64,000 nucleotides of DNA from a bacterium (GTDB taxonomy: Bacteria; UBA8248), in contig CBDATS010000002.1 in assembly GCA_965200245.1 (NCBI GenBank), positions 224,001 to 288,000 of the forward strand. Direction: 5' to 3'. Of this stretch, positions 39,499 through 49,538 are shown piece after piece; the first letter of the stretch is position 1, and the number at the start of each line of letters is the position of its first letter. Both the position numbers and the translations under genes were made by a program. Below the pieces are notes generated by a model, which saw nothing but the letters and a program-made list of their open reading frames with translations, was not told the DNA's origin and did not search any database.

Positions 39499-39819
39499 CT
39501 AACCCTGCCCCTCTTCCCTTCCAAGACTTTTCCACTGATAAACGGAACTCTCATCTGGCTGACTCGTGAACGCACCCAATAAACCTTCAATTGCAGCAAT
39601 ACGGCTTCCGAGGCTCATGCTTGTGTCTGCCATTCGTTCCCCTGTGCGCTTTATCTAGTTTTGAACCTCTCGAATATCGGTTTTCAATTCCCCCGTCCGA
39701 GTATGAATATCGGTTTTCAATTCTCTTATTTGGATATAAAGAAAAGCTGCAAGGGCTATAAGAGCACCTCCGAGAGTTATGAAAATACCTATGAGAGAAA
39801 GTATCTCGTTAAACTTCAT
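39499..39819 (-). pseudogene. membrane-anchored coiled-coil protein relic
   Basis: MKFNEILSLIGIFITLGGALIALAAFLYIQ, frameshift, then ELKTDI repeats (19-bp repeat at 39672 and 39705), TAG, then RIAAIEG. Confidence 0.5.
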
Positions 39820-40290
39820 ATTTCTCTCCCCCGATTTATTTAGTCATTTGATGTAGGCAATATAGTGATAGGGATGGGGCGAAAGCAACCACTGAGGAGT
39901 TAAAGATAGTAGTTTTTGGTAAAATAACCGAGCAGTGTTTTGCGGGAGTTGGTATATAAATCCCAAAACATGTCTACCGAGGTCCACGGGGAGAGAAAGA
40001 CCCAAAGATGTTATCGAGTGTGCCGTTCGTGTTGCCCAGAGAGCAACAGGTGAAGTAGTGGCAACTCAAACGGAAGGCCAAGCAAATGCCTGCAAGATCG
40101 GCCACATATAAACGAGAAATCTCACCCCAGAACACAGAAAAGAGATCACGCAAAACGTCGCAGCGGTGTGGTGGGAAACTATTTTAGCCTCCCCAATGTC
40201 ATTAAATTTCAAGTCCTTACATTTCAACACATTACCTGAAAATATCATGCCGGAAGATCACCACCTCTCCCGACTCGTCCCATTGCGCAG

Positions 40291-41400
40291 CTAGGTCTCG
40301 ATGACAGCGGCGACAACGCCTCCGCCCACCGGCCCCTGGTGGAACACGAGGCCCGCAGAGACGTAGACCGCCGGGTCCTGCAGCACCGAGGCGATGACGG
40401 CGTTCGCAACCGCGCGCACGGGCCGCGTGCCCAGAACCGAATCCGTCAAGAGCGTGACCCGCTTGCCCAGGAGCCTGCCGTCCCAGGGCGCGCCCGCCTT
40501 TGCGAAGGCGTGCACCACCCTGCTCAGATCCTCCTGGCCTGGCAGAGCATCGAAGGCGAGACCCGCGTTCCTGAGCGCCTGCCTTACGGCGTCGGCGTCG
40601 ATCAGGTTTTGCATCACCGCACGGCCAATCCTGTAGCGACTCACGGATTGTGAGGAATTCGCCAGAACGACGACTTCAGAGCGCATGAGTTCCACACCCG
40701 CCGAGCAGGAGATCATCTCCGAGTACAAATCGCCTCGGCTGCAAACGTCGGATATCTCGAACGACTCGCGGGCAATTTCCCCGATGCCCACCGCCGCGCC
40801 CAAGGCCGAGCAACCGTTGGAGAGGCTCATCGATCGTGTGGTGTCCGTGCTGACCACTTTCTTGCCGCGCGAGGCCGCGTCGTTGATGCGATCAGACGTC
40901 AAAAGGGGGCACTTCACCTGCACGTAGCCTACATCGTCAAGCGAGTCTACGCCCGCCTTGTCGAGCGCCTCCGCCGCCGCCTCGGCCACGAGGTCCACCT
41001 GGGCCATCGTGCCCAGTTCCTCGGGCAAAAGTTCACGGGTGAAGGCAACTCCCATGGAGAGGCGCTTCTCTCCGGGACTTTCTGCGTCGCCCACATCGGT
41101 CCTGGAAAAAGCCACCGCGTGGGGACTCATCACCCCCTCGCATCCTCCCGACATCACCATCGCACACATGCCCTGCACCTCGGAACGTGTGAACCCCAGT
41201 TTCTCCATCATATAGTCCTCGAAGGAGTGAAGTGCGTAGGGCCTCGAATAGTCGTTCACTCGCCCGTTGCCCTCCGTCTTGGCGATAATGGCCTGAATGT
41301 CTGCCGCCCGGATGAGGCCTCTCTCCACCGCTTCCGCGAGCCCCGAGACGTCCTCGGGTCCCGACATCTGAAACTTCACCACCTGGGTATCGAACACCAT
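40291..41400 (-). CDS. ring-opening amidohydrolase (cyanuric acid hydrolase AtzD/barbiturase family)
   Basis: P.DVSGL, KTEGNG.VND.SR, MSGG.EGV.SPH, VQVKCPLLT, SCSAG.EL, HQGP.GGG. Confidence 0.92.
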   Translation of the reverse strand: MVFDTQVVKFQMSGPEDVSGLAEAVERGLIRAADIQAIIAKTEGNGRVNDYSRPYALHSFEDYMMEKLGFTRSEVQGMCAMVMSGGCEGVMSPHAVAFSRTDVGDAESPGEKRLSMGVAFTRELLPEELGTMAQVDLVAEAAAEALDKAGVDSLDDVGYVQVKCPLLTSDRINDAASRGKKVVSTDTTRSMSLSNGCSALGAAVGIGEIARESFEISDVCSRGDLYSEMISCSAGVELMRSEVVVLANSSQSVSRYRIGRAVMQNLIDADAVRQALRNAGLAFDALPGQEDLSRVVHAFAKAGAPWDGRLLGKRVTLLTDSVLGTRPVRAVANAVIASVLQDPAVYVSAGLVFHQGPVGGGVVAAVIET

Positions 41401-41448
41401 TGCACCTCCTCAGAATTCATATGGAACGCCCGATGCACGAGCGCCGTA

Positions 41449-42852
41449 TTAATCTCCCGGTACCATCAGGCCAGCGCGTTCAACAATGGCTGCGGACGCC
41501 GCCTGCGCCTCCTCTCGAATCATGCGCTCCTCGTCCTCGCTCACCCTAGTGAGACGCCCCGCCTCCATGAGCGGCTCACCGTCCACCCAGGCCCATCGCA
41601 CCTCCGTCCCATGGGCTTGATATGCAAGAATGGAGGGCAGATGATGATTCGGGAACATGTGGGGACCGTTCATGTCGATCAGAATCACGTCCGCACGCTT
41701 CCCCACCTCGATGCTGCCTGTCTCGGCTTCCATGCCGAGGACGCGCGCTCCGTTTCGCGTGGCCATGTCGAGTACCTGCTGGGCCGTAATGGCGGCGGGG
41801 TCCTGCTGCAACCCCTTGTGAAGCAGACAGGCGAGCCTGACCTCCCAGAACATGTTGGCGAGGTCGTTGCAATTCGCGTTGTCCGTCCCCAGGGCCACGG
41901 GAACACCGTAGCCCAGCATACGCGGCACCGGCGAGACGCCAGATCCCAGATACATGTTGCTCGAGGGCAGATGCACCACCTGCGTCCCTGATTCCTTCAG
42001 CAGCCGCACGTCCTCCTCGCTCAGGTGGATGCAGTGTCCCGCCACGAGGCGCTCGGAGAGCAGACCCCAGGCTGCGAGATGCTGCACGACCGGGAGGCCG
42101 CAAACTTCCGATTCCATGGGGTCTTCCGAGACGTGTGTGGAGACGCGAAGGCCGCGCGCTCCGGCCCATTCGTCCACCTCACGGAACGTTTCGGGCCTGA
42201 CGTACACGGGAATGTTCGGCCCCGGCCAGACGAGTACCCGGCCATTCGAGCGTCCATGGTATCTCTCCACCAGATACGCGATCTCTTCGAAAACCTCATC
42301 CCGCGTCTTGAGGCTCGGGGGAAACATCTTCCCCCAGGCGGCGATGTGCGATCGCGCCCGATCGGCGAGTTTTCCCTGTGGCGGTATCTCGTTGAAGCTC
42401 AGGGCAAAGACGCTCCTCATGCCGGTATTGTCCATCGCCTCTATCATCGCCTCGGCCAGCGGGATGGGGATGCGCTCGTTCGTCACCACAGCAGTCGTGC
42501 CCGAGCGAATCGCCTCACACGCGAAGAGTTTCACCGAGAGCACCGCATCCTCCGGGGTGTAGACCACCTGGCCGGGGGCCATCACGTTCAGGCGCCAGTC
42601 CATGAGCCGCCTGTCAGCACCCAGACCGCCCCTCAGCAGGATGCACATGATATGACTGTGGGCATTCACCAGTCCCGGCATGAGCGCCATGCCCTCTGCG
42701 TCGATCACCCGAGCGGAGCCCGCATTTGTCCTGGAAGCAGAAATTTCCGCGATGCGGCCGTCCTCGACCAGCACCGACGCACGGGGGATGACCTCACGTT
42801 CCTCGTTCTGGGTGAGGACGCGTACGTTTTCGATCAGGAAACGATCCGCCAA
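41449..42852 (-). CDS. metal-dependent amidohydrolase/deaminase (AtzA/MtaD-like)
   Basis: MPGLVNAHSH, THVSE, GHC.HL, P.SNM.LGSG, LGTD, GSIEVGKRAD. Confidence 0.9.
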   Translation of the reverse strand: MADRFLIENVRVLTQNEEREVIPRASVLVEDGRIAEISASRTNAGSARVIDAEGMALMPGLVNAHSHIMCILLRGGLGADRRLMDWRLNVMAPGQVVYTPEDAVLSVKLFACEAIRSGTTAVVTNERIPIPLAEAMIEAMDNTGMRSVFALSFNEIPPQGKLADRARSHIAAWGKMFPPSLKTRDEVFEEIAYLVERYHGRSNGRVLVWPGPNIPVYVRPETFREVDEWAGARGLRVSTHVSEDPMESEVCGLPVVQHLAAWGLLSERLVAGHCIHLSEEDVRLLKESGTQVVHLPSSNMYLGSGVSPVPRMLGYGVPVALGTDNANCNDLANMFWEVRLACLLHKGLQQDPAAITAQQVLDMATRNGARVLGMEAETGSIEVGKRADVILIDMNGPHMFPNHHLPSILAYQAHGTEVRWAWVDGEPLMEAGRLTRVSEDEERMIREEAQAASAAIVERAGLMVPGD

Positions 42853-42998
42853 AGGAGAATCCTCCGTTTCGGGTTTTTTTCCGAGAATACGACAATCGGG
42901 CGGATTTGAGTATCCCCGGCGCAAACTGTGCCTTGCCAGAGAGCGAAAAGAGCATTAAAAGTGTGGGAGATAATCCGACAACCCGAGGAGAGACGCCG

Positions 42999-43394
42999 AT
43001 GTCCAAAATCAAGTTCCTGCAACACTTCAGCATCTATTGCCGGGATTTGCCTGCCATGCACGAATTCTATAACGAAATCCTGGGGCTACCCGAAATGCCC
43101 CGGCCCCACTTTCCCTTCCCCGGCTATTGGTACGAGGCGGGAGAGGATCACCAGATCCACCTCGCCAAGGTGAGCGACACGCACGTCAAGCACTCCATCA
43201 GCGACAACGAGGACAGCTACATGGACCACCACTTCGGGATGGTGACCGAGGATCTGAAGGGAATGAAGGAGAGGCTCAAGGCGCACGGCATCCCGTTTCA
43301 TGACGAACCCTACGGGTATCCCCAGATCTTCTTCAGGGACCCGGAGAACAACCTGATCGAGGTCGCATCCACAGCGATGTTCGACATGGAATGA
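42999..43394 (+). CDS. VOC/glyoxalase family protein
   Basis: QHFSI, FY.EILGL...RP.F.FPG.W, QIHL, HHFG, QIFFRDPENNLIE. Confidence 0.88.
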   Translation: MSKIKFLQHFSIYCRDLPAMHEFYNEILGLPEMPRPHFPFPGYWYEAGEDHQIHLAKVSDTHVKHSISDNEDSYMDHHFGMVTEDLKGMKERLKAHGIPFHDEPYGYPQIFFRDPENNLIEVASTAMFDME

Positions 43395-43511
43395 ACAGCG
43401 TGCGGACTTGTGCCTGGCTCGCCGTGACCCCTCATCCGCACCGGGCAGGAATGTTCATCCGAAGGACATCGTAGCGTCCTCGCTGCCTGGCCGCGCGTTT
43501 TCCGATATTTT

Positions 43512-43931
43512 ATGGAGACCATGCCATTCCAGAAATTCCATACCACGCAGGTGACCGCCGGGGCGGGGAGCTATTCCCAGGGCCTGCTAGCAGGCAGGAC
43601 GCTCTATCTTTCGGGTCAGACGGGCGAGGGACTCAACGGCACGCCGCCTGCGCGGGGCGACGCCGCTGCCCAGACCCGCCAGGCTTGCGAGAACATCCGC
43701 CAGCTTCTCGAAGAGGCCGGGGGCGATCTCTCCCATGTCGTCAAGCTCACGAACTACATCACCGACAGGGCATACCGAAAACCCGTGTATGCGGTAATCG
43801 CGGAATACTTCGGTCCTCATGCGCCGGCGAGCACGGGCGTCATCGTGGACGGATTGGCTTCGGAAGATTTTCTCGTGGAAATCGATGCCACGGCCTATAT
43901 TCCCGAGCCCGGATCAGAAAAGGAGAATTGA
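43512..43931 (+). CDS. RidA family protein
   Basis: YSQG, LYLSGQ, QTRQA.ENI..LL, PASTG..V.GLA...LVEIDA. Confidence 0.88.
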   Translation: METMPFQKFHTTQVTAGAGSYSQGLLAGRTLYLSGQTGEGLNGTPPARGDAAAQTRQACENIRQLLEEAGGDLSHVVKLTNYITDRAYRKPVYAVIAEYFGPHAPASTGVIVDGLASEDFLVEIDATAYIPEPGSEKEN

Positions 43932-44021
43932 GAAATCACGTGCAAGGAGGCACAATAGAAGTGTATTCACACCAGTTCCCAGGCAGCCCGCGAGGCTGAG
44001 TCCTTTCAGAGGAGAAGGGTC

Positions 44022-45608
44022 ATGACCGAATCTTACGATGGTCTGTTCGTCGGTGGCGGACACAACAGCTTGGTATGCGCCGCCTATCTGGCGAAAGCCG
44101 GCAAAAAGGTAGCCGTCCTGGAACGCTCCGGCGTCGCCGGCGGAGGCTGCTCCACGCACGAAGTCACGCTGCCGGGCTTCAAGCACAACCTGCACTCGAA
44201 CTACTACGTGGGTCTGGACAGAAGTCCCATCCTGCGCGACCTGGAACTCCACGAATATGGCTTCAGTCTCATTTTCCCGGAGTTTCAGCAGGGCTGCATC
44301 TTCAGCGACGGCACGGCGTTCGTCATCCACCGCGACGTGGAGAAGACCATCAAGTCCATCGAGCGCATCAACAGGAATGACGCGAAGACCTACCGCGACC
44401 TTCACGTCAAGTTCACCGAGGGAATGCTGGACATCATCACTTCCTTCATGTACTGCGCCCCCCTGCCGTCCGAGGAACTCAAGGAGCGCTTCGCGGGACC
44501 GCTGGGGCGCGAGTTCCTGAGCTACGCGAACCTCAGCATGTACGAGGCGGTAGACCAGCACTTCGAGGACGAAAAGCTGCGCGTACTCTTCAAGCTTTTC
44601 CTCGGCTCCTTCACCCTGGAAAACACGCCGACGACAGGCATCTTCTTCCCCAGAATCTTCTCGCGCATTTCGAGCTTCGCCCTGCCCGTGGGCGGTTCAG
44701 TGAACTTCACGCGCGCGCTCGAGCGCGTGGTCGTGCGAGGCGGCGGCCAAGTGTTCACCGACGCGGAAGTCCGCGAGATCACAGTCGAAAGCGGTGACGC
44801 CACCGGCGTCATCCTGGAGGACGGCACGCGCATCGAAGCCACCGAGTTTGTGGCGAGCGGGGTGAACTGGCCGCTTACCGTGCGTCTGGCCGGAGAAGAC
44901 TACTTCGGCGGCAAGCTTGCAAGAGCCGCACTCGAATTCCAGTGGGCGAGCCACGGCCTGTGCACCATCCACCTGGCACTCAAGGAAGCACCCGACTTCA
45001 AGGCCGCGAAATACGAGCCCGACATCAACAAGACGTTCAACATCTTCTGGGGAGCGGACTCGACCGAGGAGATCAACGAGTGCTTCGAGACGATCCACGA
45101 CGGCGAACTGCCCAAGCTCATGGGCAACGGCGGCAGCAACAGCCACTTCGACCCGACCTATTCGCCCGATGGTACGCACGTGGGTTACTGGTGGCCGTTC
45201 GCGCCCTTTGAACTTAAGGACGGCGGAGCCGAAGCATGGGACGCGCGACGCGAGGAGTATACCCAGCACTTCATCGACTCCTGGACACCCTATGCACCCA
45301 ACATCAACCACGACAACATTATGGGCAGCTATCTCTACACGCCGCTCGACATCGTGCGCATGAACCCGAACTTCGTCCGCGCGAGCCACCACGTGGGTGC
45401 CTACATTCCCGAACAGTTGGGCTACAACCGCCCGCATCCGGACGTGAGCGACTTCCGCACGCCGATCGGGAAACTGTATCTCTGCGGTTCCAGCTCGCAC
45501 GTGGGCGGCGCGGTGACGGGAGCGCCCGGCTACAACTGTGCGAACGCCATTGCGGAGGATCTGGAAATCGAACGCTTCTGGGCACCCGTCGAGATCATGA
45601 TGACCTGA
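44022..45608 (+). CDS. FAD-dependent oxidoreductase (phytoene dehydrogenase-like, COG1233)
   Basis: GGGHNSLV.AAYLAKAG..V.VLER..GGG, RTPI..LYLCGSS.H.GG.VTGAPGYN.A. Confidence 0.9.
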   Translation: MTESYDGLFVGGGHNSLVCAAYLAKAGKKVAVLERSGVAGGGCSTHEVTLPGFKHNLHSNYYVGLDRSPILRDLELHEYGFSLIFPEFQQGCIFSDGTAFVIHRDVEKTIKSIERINRNDAKTYRDLHVKFTEGMLDIITSFMYCAPLPSEELKERFAGPLGREFLSYANLSMYEAVDQHFEDEKLRVLFKLFLGSFTLENTPTTGIFFPRIFSRISSFALPVGGSVNFTRALERVVVRGGGQVFTDAEVREITVESGDATGVILEDGTRIEATEFVASGVNWPLTVRLAGEDYFGGKLARAALEFQWASHGLCTIHLALKEAPDFKAAKYEPDINKTFNIFWGADSTEEINECFETIHDGELPKLMGNGGSNSHFDPTYSPDGTHVGYWWPFAPFELKDGGAEAWDARREEYTQHFIDSWTPYAPNINHDNIMGSYLYTPLDIVRMNPNFVRASHHVGAYIPEQLGYNRPHPDVSDFRTPIGKLYLCGSSSHVGGAVTGAPGYNCANAIAEDLEIERFWAPVEIMMT

Positions 45609-45653
45609 ATATGAAGATTTGATTCACGTTTTCGCGAGAAAGGATACAATTTC

Positions 45654-46367
45654 ATGGAACTGATCGACCTCTCACAGACAGTGGCCGCAGGTGGATTCGA
45701 GCGTCCCTTCCACCCCAAGGTGGCGATCGAGCCGATGATGACACACGAGGAATCCTCCCGGAAATTTCTCGGGAAATTCTCATTCGCGGCCATGAAGCTC
45801 ACATTGTCGGACCACACCGGAAGCCACGTGGACGCCCTGAACCACTACGTACCGGGAGAAGACGCCCCCTCCATTGACCGCTTACCGCTCGATCGCTTCT
45901 ATTCGAGCGCGATCTGCGTGGATTTCTCGGACATCGCGCCGAAGACCTACATCGAAACCGAACACATAGAACGCGAACTGGAAAAACACGGACTTTCCAT
46001 TCAGGAAGGCGACGCCTTCTTGTACTACACGGGTCACTACCAGAAGTGCTTTGACGATCCGGACCCGGACAAATGGTGGAAGGAATTCGCGGGTCTGAGC
46101 CGGCCCGCCACCGAGTATCTTGCAGATCACGGGGTGCGGAACATCGGCTGTGAGGCGTTTACGATAGAAAACCCCACGCAGATGTTTCCCGAATCGGAGG
46201 AACCCTACCCCTCACACCAGGTGTGCAAGGAACGGGGAATGCTCAACACGGAGAACCTGGTGATCCCCGAACGGCTGGTGGGCAAGCGCTTCACCTTCCT
46301 TTGCCTGCCCATCAAGCTGAAGGACGCCACCGGCTCGCCCGTGCGCGCCGTGGCGGTGCTGGACTGA
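45654..46367 (+). CDS. cyclase family protein (kynurenine formamidase-like)
   Basis: IDLS, HTGSHVDA..H, ENL, LPIKL...TGSPVRAVA. Confidence 0.9.
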   Translation: MELIDLSQTVAAGGFERPFHPKVAIEPMMTHEESSRKFLGKFSFAAMKLTLSDHTGSHVDALNHYVPGEDAPSIDRLPLDRFYSSAICVDFSDIAPKTYIETEHIERELEKHGLSIQEGDAFLYYTGHYQKCFDDPDPDKWWKEFAGLSRPATEYLADHGVRNIGCEAFTIENPTQMFPESEEPYPSHQVCKERGMLNTENLVIPERLVGKRFTFLCLPIKLKDATGSPVRAVAVLD

Positions 46368-46373
46368 TTTGAG

Positions 46374-47264
46374 CTAGAGGCCGAAACCGAAAAGCGCGTT
46401 CGCGTTGGCGAAGGCGGCCTTTTCGATCTCCGCCTCGGCGATGCCGCCCCGGCGCATCGCGCGAATCGCCCGGGGGATGCAGTAAAGGTCGTTCGACGTG
46501 TAGGGGATTAGATCCGAGTTCAGCATCATGCGATCCGCCCCGTGACGCCGCACCCATTCCACGACGGCGGAGGGCGGAATCGGGCGGAGCCGGCTTCCGA
46601 GACTCGTCGCGCACCAGGCCCCCGTCTTTTCGTGAACATAATCCACTATCGTCGCATCCACGTGGTCGATGACGAGCAGTGAGTGGTCGAGCCCTGCGGC
46701 GTCTATGACTTCCAGGTCCATCTTGAGATAATGGAGCCTGAATTCCTCGGGCGAAACCGCACCTTGCGTTTCCACGCCGCCCAGGAACTCCCCGGGGTTC
46801 TTCCAAGTGGGCGTGTGGAGAATCAATGGCATTCTGAGTTCAGCCGCAAGACGCGCCTGCGCTTCGAGACATCTGGCCTGATCTTCCAAATCCCAGGAGA
46901 AACCGAAATACTGCCCCGGGTCGAGACCCACCTCGCCCAGGGCGACGACCCTCCCGTCCCCGAGATAGCCTGGCAGCGCGTCTATGAGTTGCTCCCAGCC
47001 CTCTACCCGCGTCATCGAACTCACGCCCACGGCGCAACGGGCGCGAATGTGGTGTTTGGCCTCGGCGGCTTCGGCCATCCTGAGTGGACTCTCCCAAAGC
47101 CGCCTCACGTCTTCGGGTCCGGGCGCGCGCTTCCATATCTCCCGGTGCACGTGGGGGTTCCCGCAGGAGATCACGGAGCCCACCATCCCGCACATGCCCT
47201 GGAGTTCCCAGTCGTCGAAGCTGAATCCATGCAGGTGATTGTGGCTGTCGATGAACCTGTCCAT
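46374..47264 (-). CDS. TatD family hydrolase
   Basis: IDSHNH, VALGEVGLD, PLILHTP, IDHV, MLNSD, NA..LF. Confidence 0.85.
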   Translation of the reverse strand: MDRFIDSHNHLHGFSFDDWELQGMCGMVGSVISCGNPHVHREIWKRAPGPEDVRRLWESPLRMAEAAEAKHHIRARCAVGVSSMTRVEGWEQLIDALPGYLGDGRVVALGEVGLDPGQYFGFSWDLEDQARCLEAQARLAAELRMPLILHTPTWKNPGEFLGGVETQGAVSPEEFRLHYLKMDLEVIDAAGLDHSLLVIDHVDATIVDYVHEKTGAWCATSLGSRLRPIPPSAVVEWVRRHGADRMMLNSDLIPYTSNDLYCIPRAIRAMRRGGIAEAEIEKAAFANANALFGFGL

Positions 47265-47266
47265 TT

Positions 47267-48058
47267 TCAGGCCTCTGGTTTTCTTGCCAGGAACACGTAG
47301 CGGTTGAGACTGAAAAAATACTCGCCGCGCTCGCCCAGCATCATCAAGTCCTCCGCCCAGGCCTTCGCCTCTTCGCTCGCCACGCCGCCCTTTCGGATGA
47401 CGAACGGAACGATAACGCTCACCATTGCGTGGCTGTAGTTCTCCGCAGGATACTCCGTATTGAGAAGGGGCAAAACCCCCGTATCGACAATCTCGAAACC
47501 CCCACCCCTGAGCAGGCGCGACAATTTTCTCGGCAGATGGGGGTCCGCCAGATGCGCGTCCCATGCCTGGAAAATCCGCTCCGCCCGCGTAGCATCCTGC
47601 GCACTCCACACGAGCGAACCCCAGTCGGTGTCCATGATGAGGGCGCGCCCGCCTGGCCGCAGTACACGGAAAAGCTCCGCCAGGGCGGCCTCCATGTCGG
47701 TCACGTATTCATACACCTGGGAGATGATAACCGCATCGAAACCTTCGTCCGCAAAAGGCAGGTTCAAGGCGTCCGCTTCCCGGAACGAAACGTGGCGCTG
47801 CGTCTCGCAGCGCACCCTGGCGAGTTCGAGCATCGGCGCACTCCTGTCCACGCCAATTACGGTTCCCTCCTCCCCCACCATGCGCCCGGCTTCTAGCGTC
47901 ATGAAACCCGGGCCGGAACCCAGATCGAGCACGCACTCTCCCAGACGGGGAGCGAGAATTTCCAGCAGGGCGTCTCGCTGGGCGGCCACATCCGCCGTCG
48001 TGTATACGGCTTCGACGCGCCGGGCCGCCTTTGCATCGAAACCAGGTGGCTGGCTCAT
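47267..48058 (-). CDS. class I SAM-dependent methyltransferase
   Basis: VLDLGSGPG, GVD.S..ML, DA..LPF.D..FD, RVLRPGG, DTDW. Confidence 0.9.
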   Translation of the reverse strand: MSQPPGFDAKAARRVEAVYTTADVAAQRDALLEILAPRLGECVLDLGSGPGFMTLEAGRMVGEEGTVIGVDRSAPMLELARVRCETQRHVSFREADALNLPFADEGFDAVIISQVYEYVTDMEAALAELFRVLRPGGRALIMDTDWGSLVWSAQDATRAERIFQAWDAHLADPHLPRKLSRLLRGGGFEIVDTGVLPLLNTEYPAENYSHAMVSVIVPFVIRKGGVASEEAKAWAEDLMMLGERGEYFFSLNRYVFLARKPEA

Positions 48059-48341
48059 GCGTTGTCATCTCTCATCGTTGTGCAGACCCGAACGAACAGC
48101 CAAAGTGTTATCGTCCGCGCCGGGTCAAGTCAAGCGCCTCGGGCGTCATCATTTTCGGTATCGCGCATCATCATCCGGGAATTTGCGGAACCAACCCCTC
48201 GGATCCAGGGCACGGAGACCAGGCGGTGCACCCTCGCTTTTTTGCCTCGATGCACACTGCGGCATTGACGCGCGTTTTCTCCAGAACCTATAAGCCTAAC
48301 GAGAGGCGTTTCCCGCGTTCCCTGGAATCTATGGACCCTTC

Positions 48342-49538
48342 ATGACCCCATCAAAGATTTTCAACCTTTTCGCGATTACGGGCAGCCACGCCGTCAACGC
48401 CTTCTACACGCAACTGCTCATCCCCGTCCTTCCGCTCATCGTCGCAGAATTCGAACTCAACTACGTACAGGCCGGTCTCATCGTCACGACCTATTCGGTG
48501 GCGAACAGCGTCTTCCAGTTTCCCCTTTCCTTCATATCGGACTACACCCGGCGCTGGCGGACGATCCTCGCCCTCTCGCTGCTCACACAGGCGCTGCCCG
48601 TTCTGCTCTACGGCTACGCGGCGAGCTACTCACTACTGCTGCTCTTCGTCTTCATCGGCGGCATCGGGAGCGCGGCCTATCATCCCCCCGCCGTTGCACT
48701 CATCACGCGCGAACTGCCCGAGAGGCGTGGTTTCTGCACGAGCCTTTTCAACGGCGGAGGCGAAATGGGGAACATCATCTCGCCCGCTATCGTGGGCTGG
48801 CTCGCCGTATATCTGGCGAGCTGGCGGCTGGCGGCGCAGCTGTACGTGATACCGGGTGTCATCTGGGCGGCACTCATCTGGTTCCGCTTCCAGGATCAAC
48901 TCGGTGAGCGCGTGCCCCTGCGCCAGGCGGCGCGGTCCACCTACAGCGCCATATTCGGGAACAAATCACTCATGCTGCTCATCGCCCTCTCCTCGTTCCG
49001 GATCATGGGGTTTCGCGGTTTCACGGCCTTTATTCCACTCTTTCTCGCGGAACAGTTCGGCTTCGACACAAAAGGGGTGGGCTGGCTGCTCAGCACCTAC
49101 TTCCTTCTGGGTTCGGCCACGTCCGTCATCGTCGGCAGGTGGTCGGACTACACGAGCAAGACAAGAATCATCGTCGTGCTCACCTTCATGTGCGCCGTCT
49201 TCATGGCCGCTCTCACCTGGGTTTCCAGTATAACGACGATGCTGCTCGTTCTTTTCTCGGTCGCCTGCATCCTGACACCCGTGCCCAGCCTGGTTCTAGC
49301 GGTCGGCACTGAACTGGTGGACGAGAAGGTGCGCTCGAGCTCGGTAGGAATGATCTACGCCTTCAACGAGGCCGCAAGCGCGCTCTCGCCGCTCGTGGGC
49401 GGTCTTGTGGCCGAGGCGATGGGGCTTCAGGTGGCGTTCAGTTTCTACGCATCGATGTTCGTGATCGGCGGGTGCATCGCTATCTTCCTGCACAGGGAAA
49501 GTGCCCTTCAGCCCCGGGCGCAGGAGGGCGAGTCATGA
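48342..49538 (+). CDS. MFS transporter
   Basis: About 12 hydrophobic segments, G.GSAAYHPP, GRWSD. Confidence 0.88.
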   Translation: MTPSKIFNLFAITGSHAVNAFYTQLLIPVLPLIVAEFELNYVQAGLIVTTYSVANSVFQFPLSFISDYTRRWRTILALSLLTQALPVLLYGYAASYSLLLLFVFIGGIGSAAYHPPAVALITRELPERRGFCTSLFNGGGEMGNIISPAIVGWLAVYLASWRLAAQLYVIPGVIWAALIWFRFQDQLGERVPLRQAARSTYSAIFGNKSLMLLIALSSFRIMGFRGFTAFIPLFLAEQFGFDTKGVGWLLSTYFLLGSATSVIVGRWSDYTSKTRIIVVLTFMCAVFMAALTWVSSITTMLLVLFSVACILTPVPSLVLAVGTELVDEKVRSSSVGMIYAFNEAASALSPLVGGLVAEAMGLQVAFSFYASMFVIGGCIAIFLHRESALQPRAQEGES

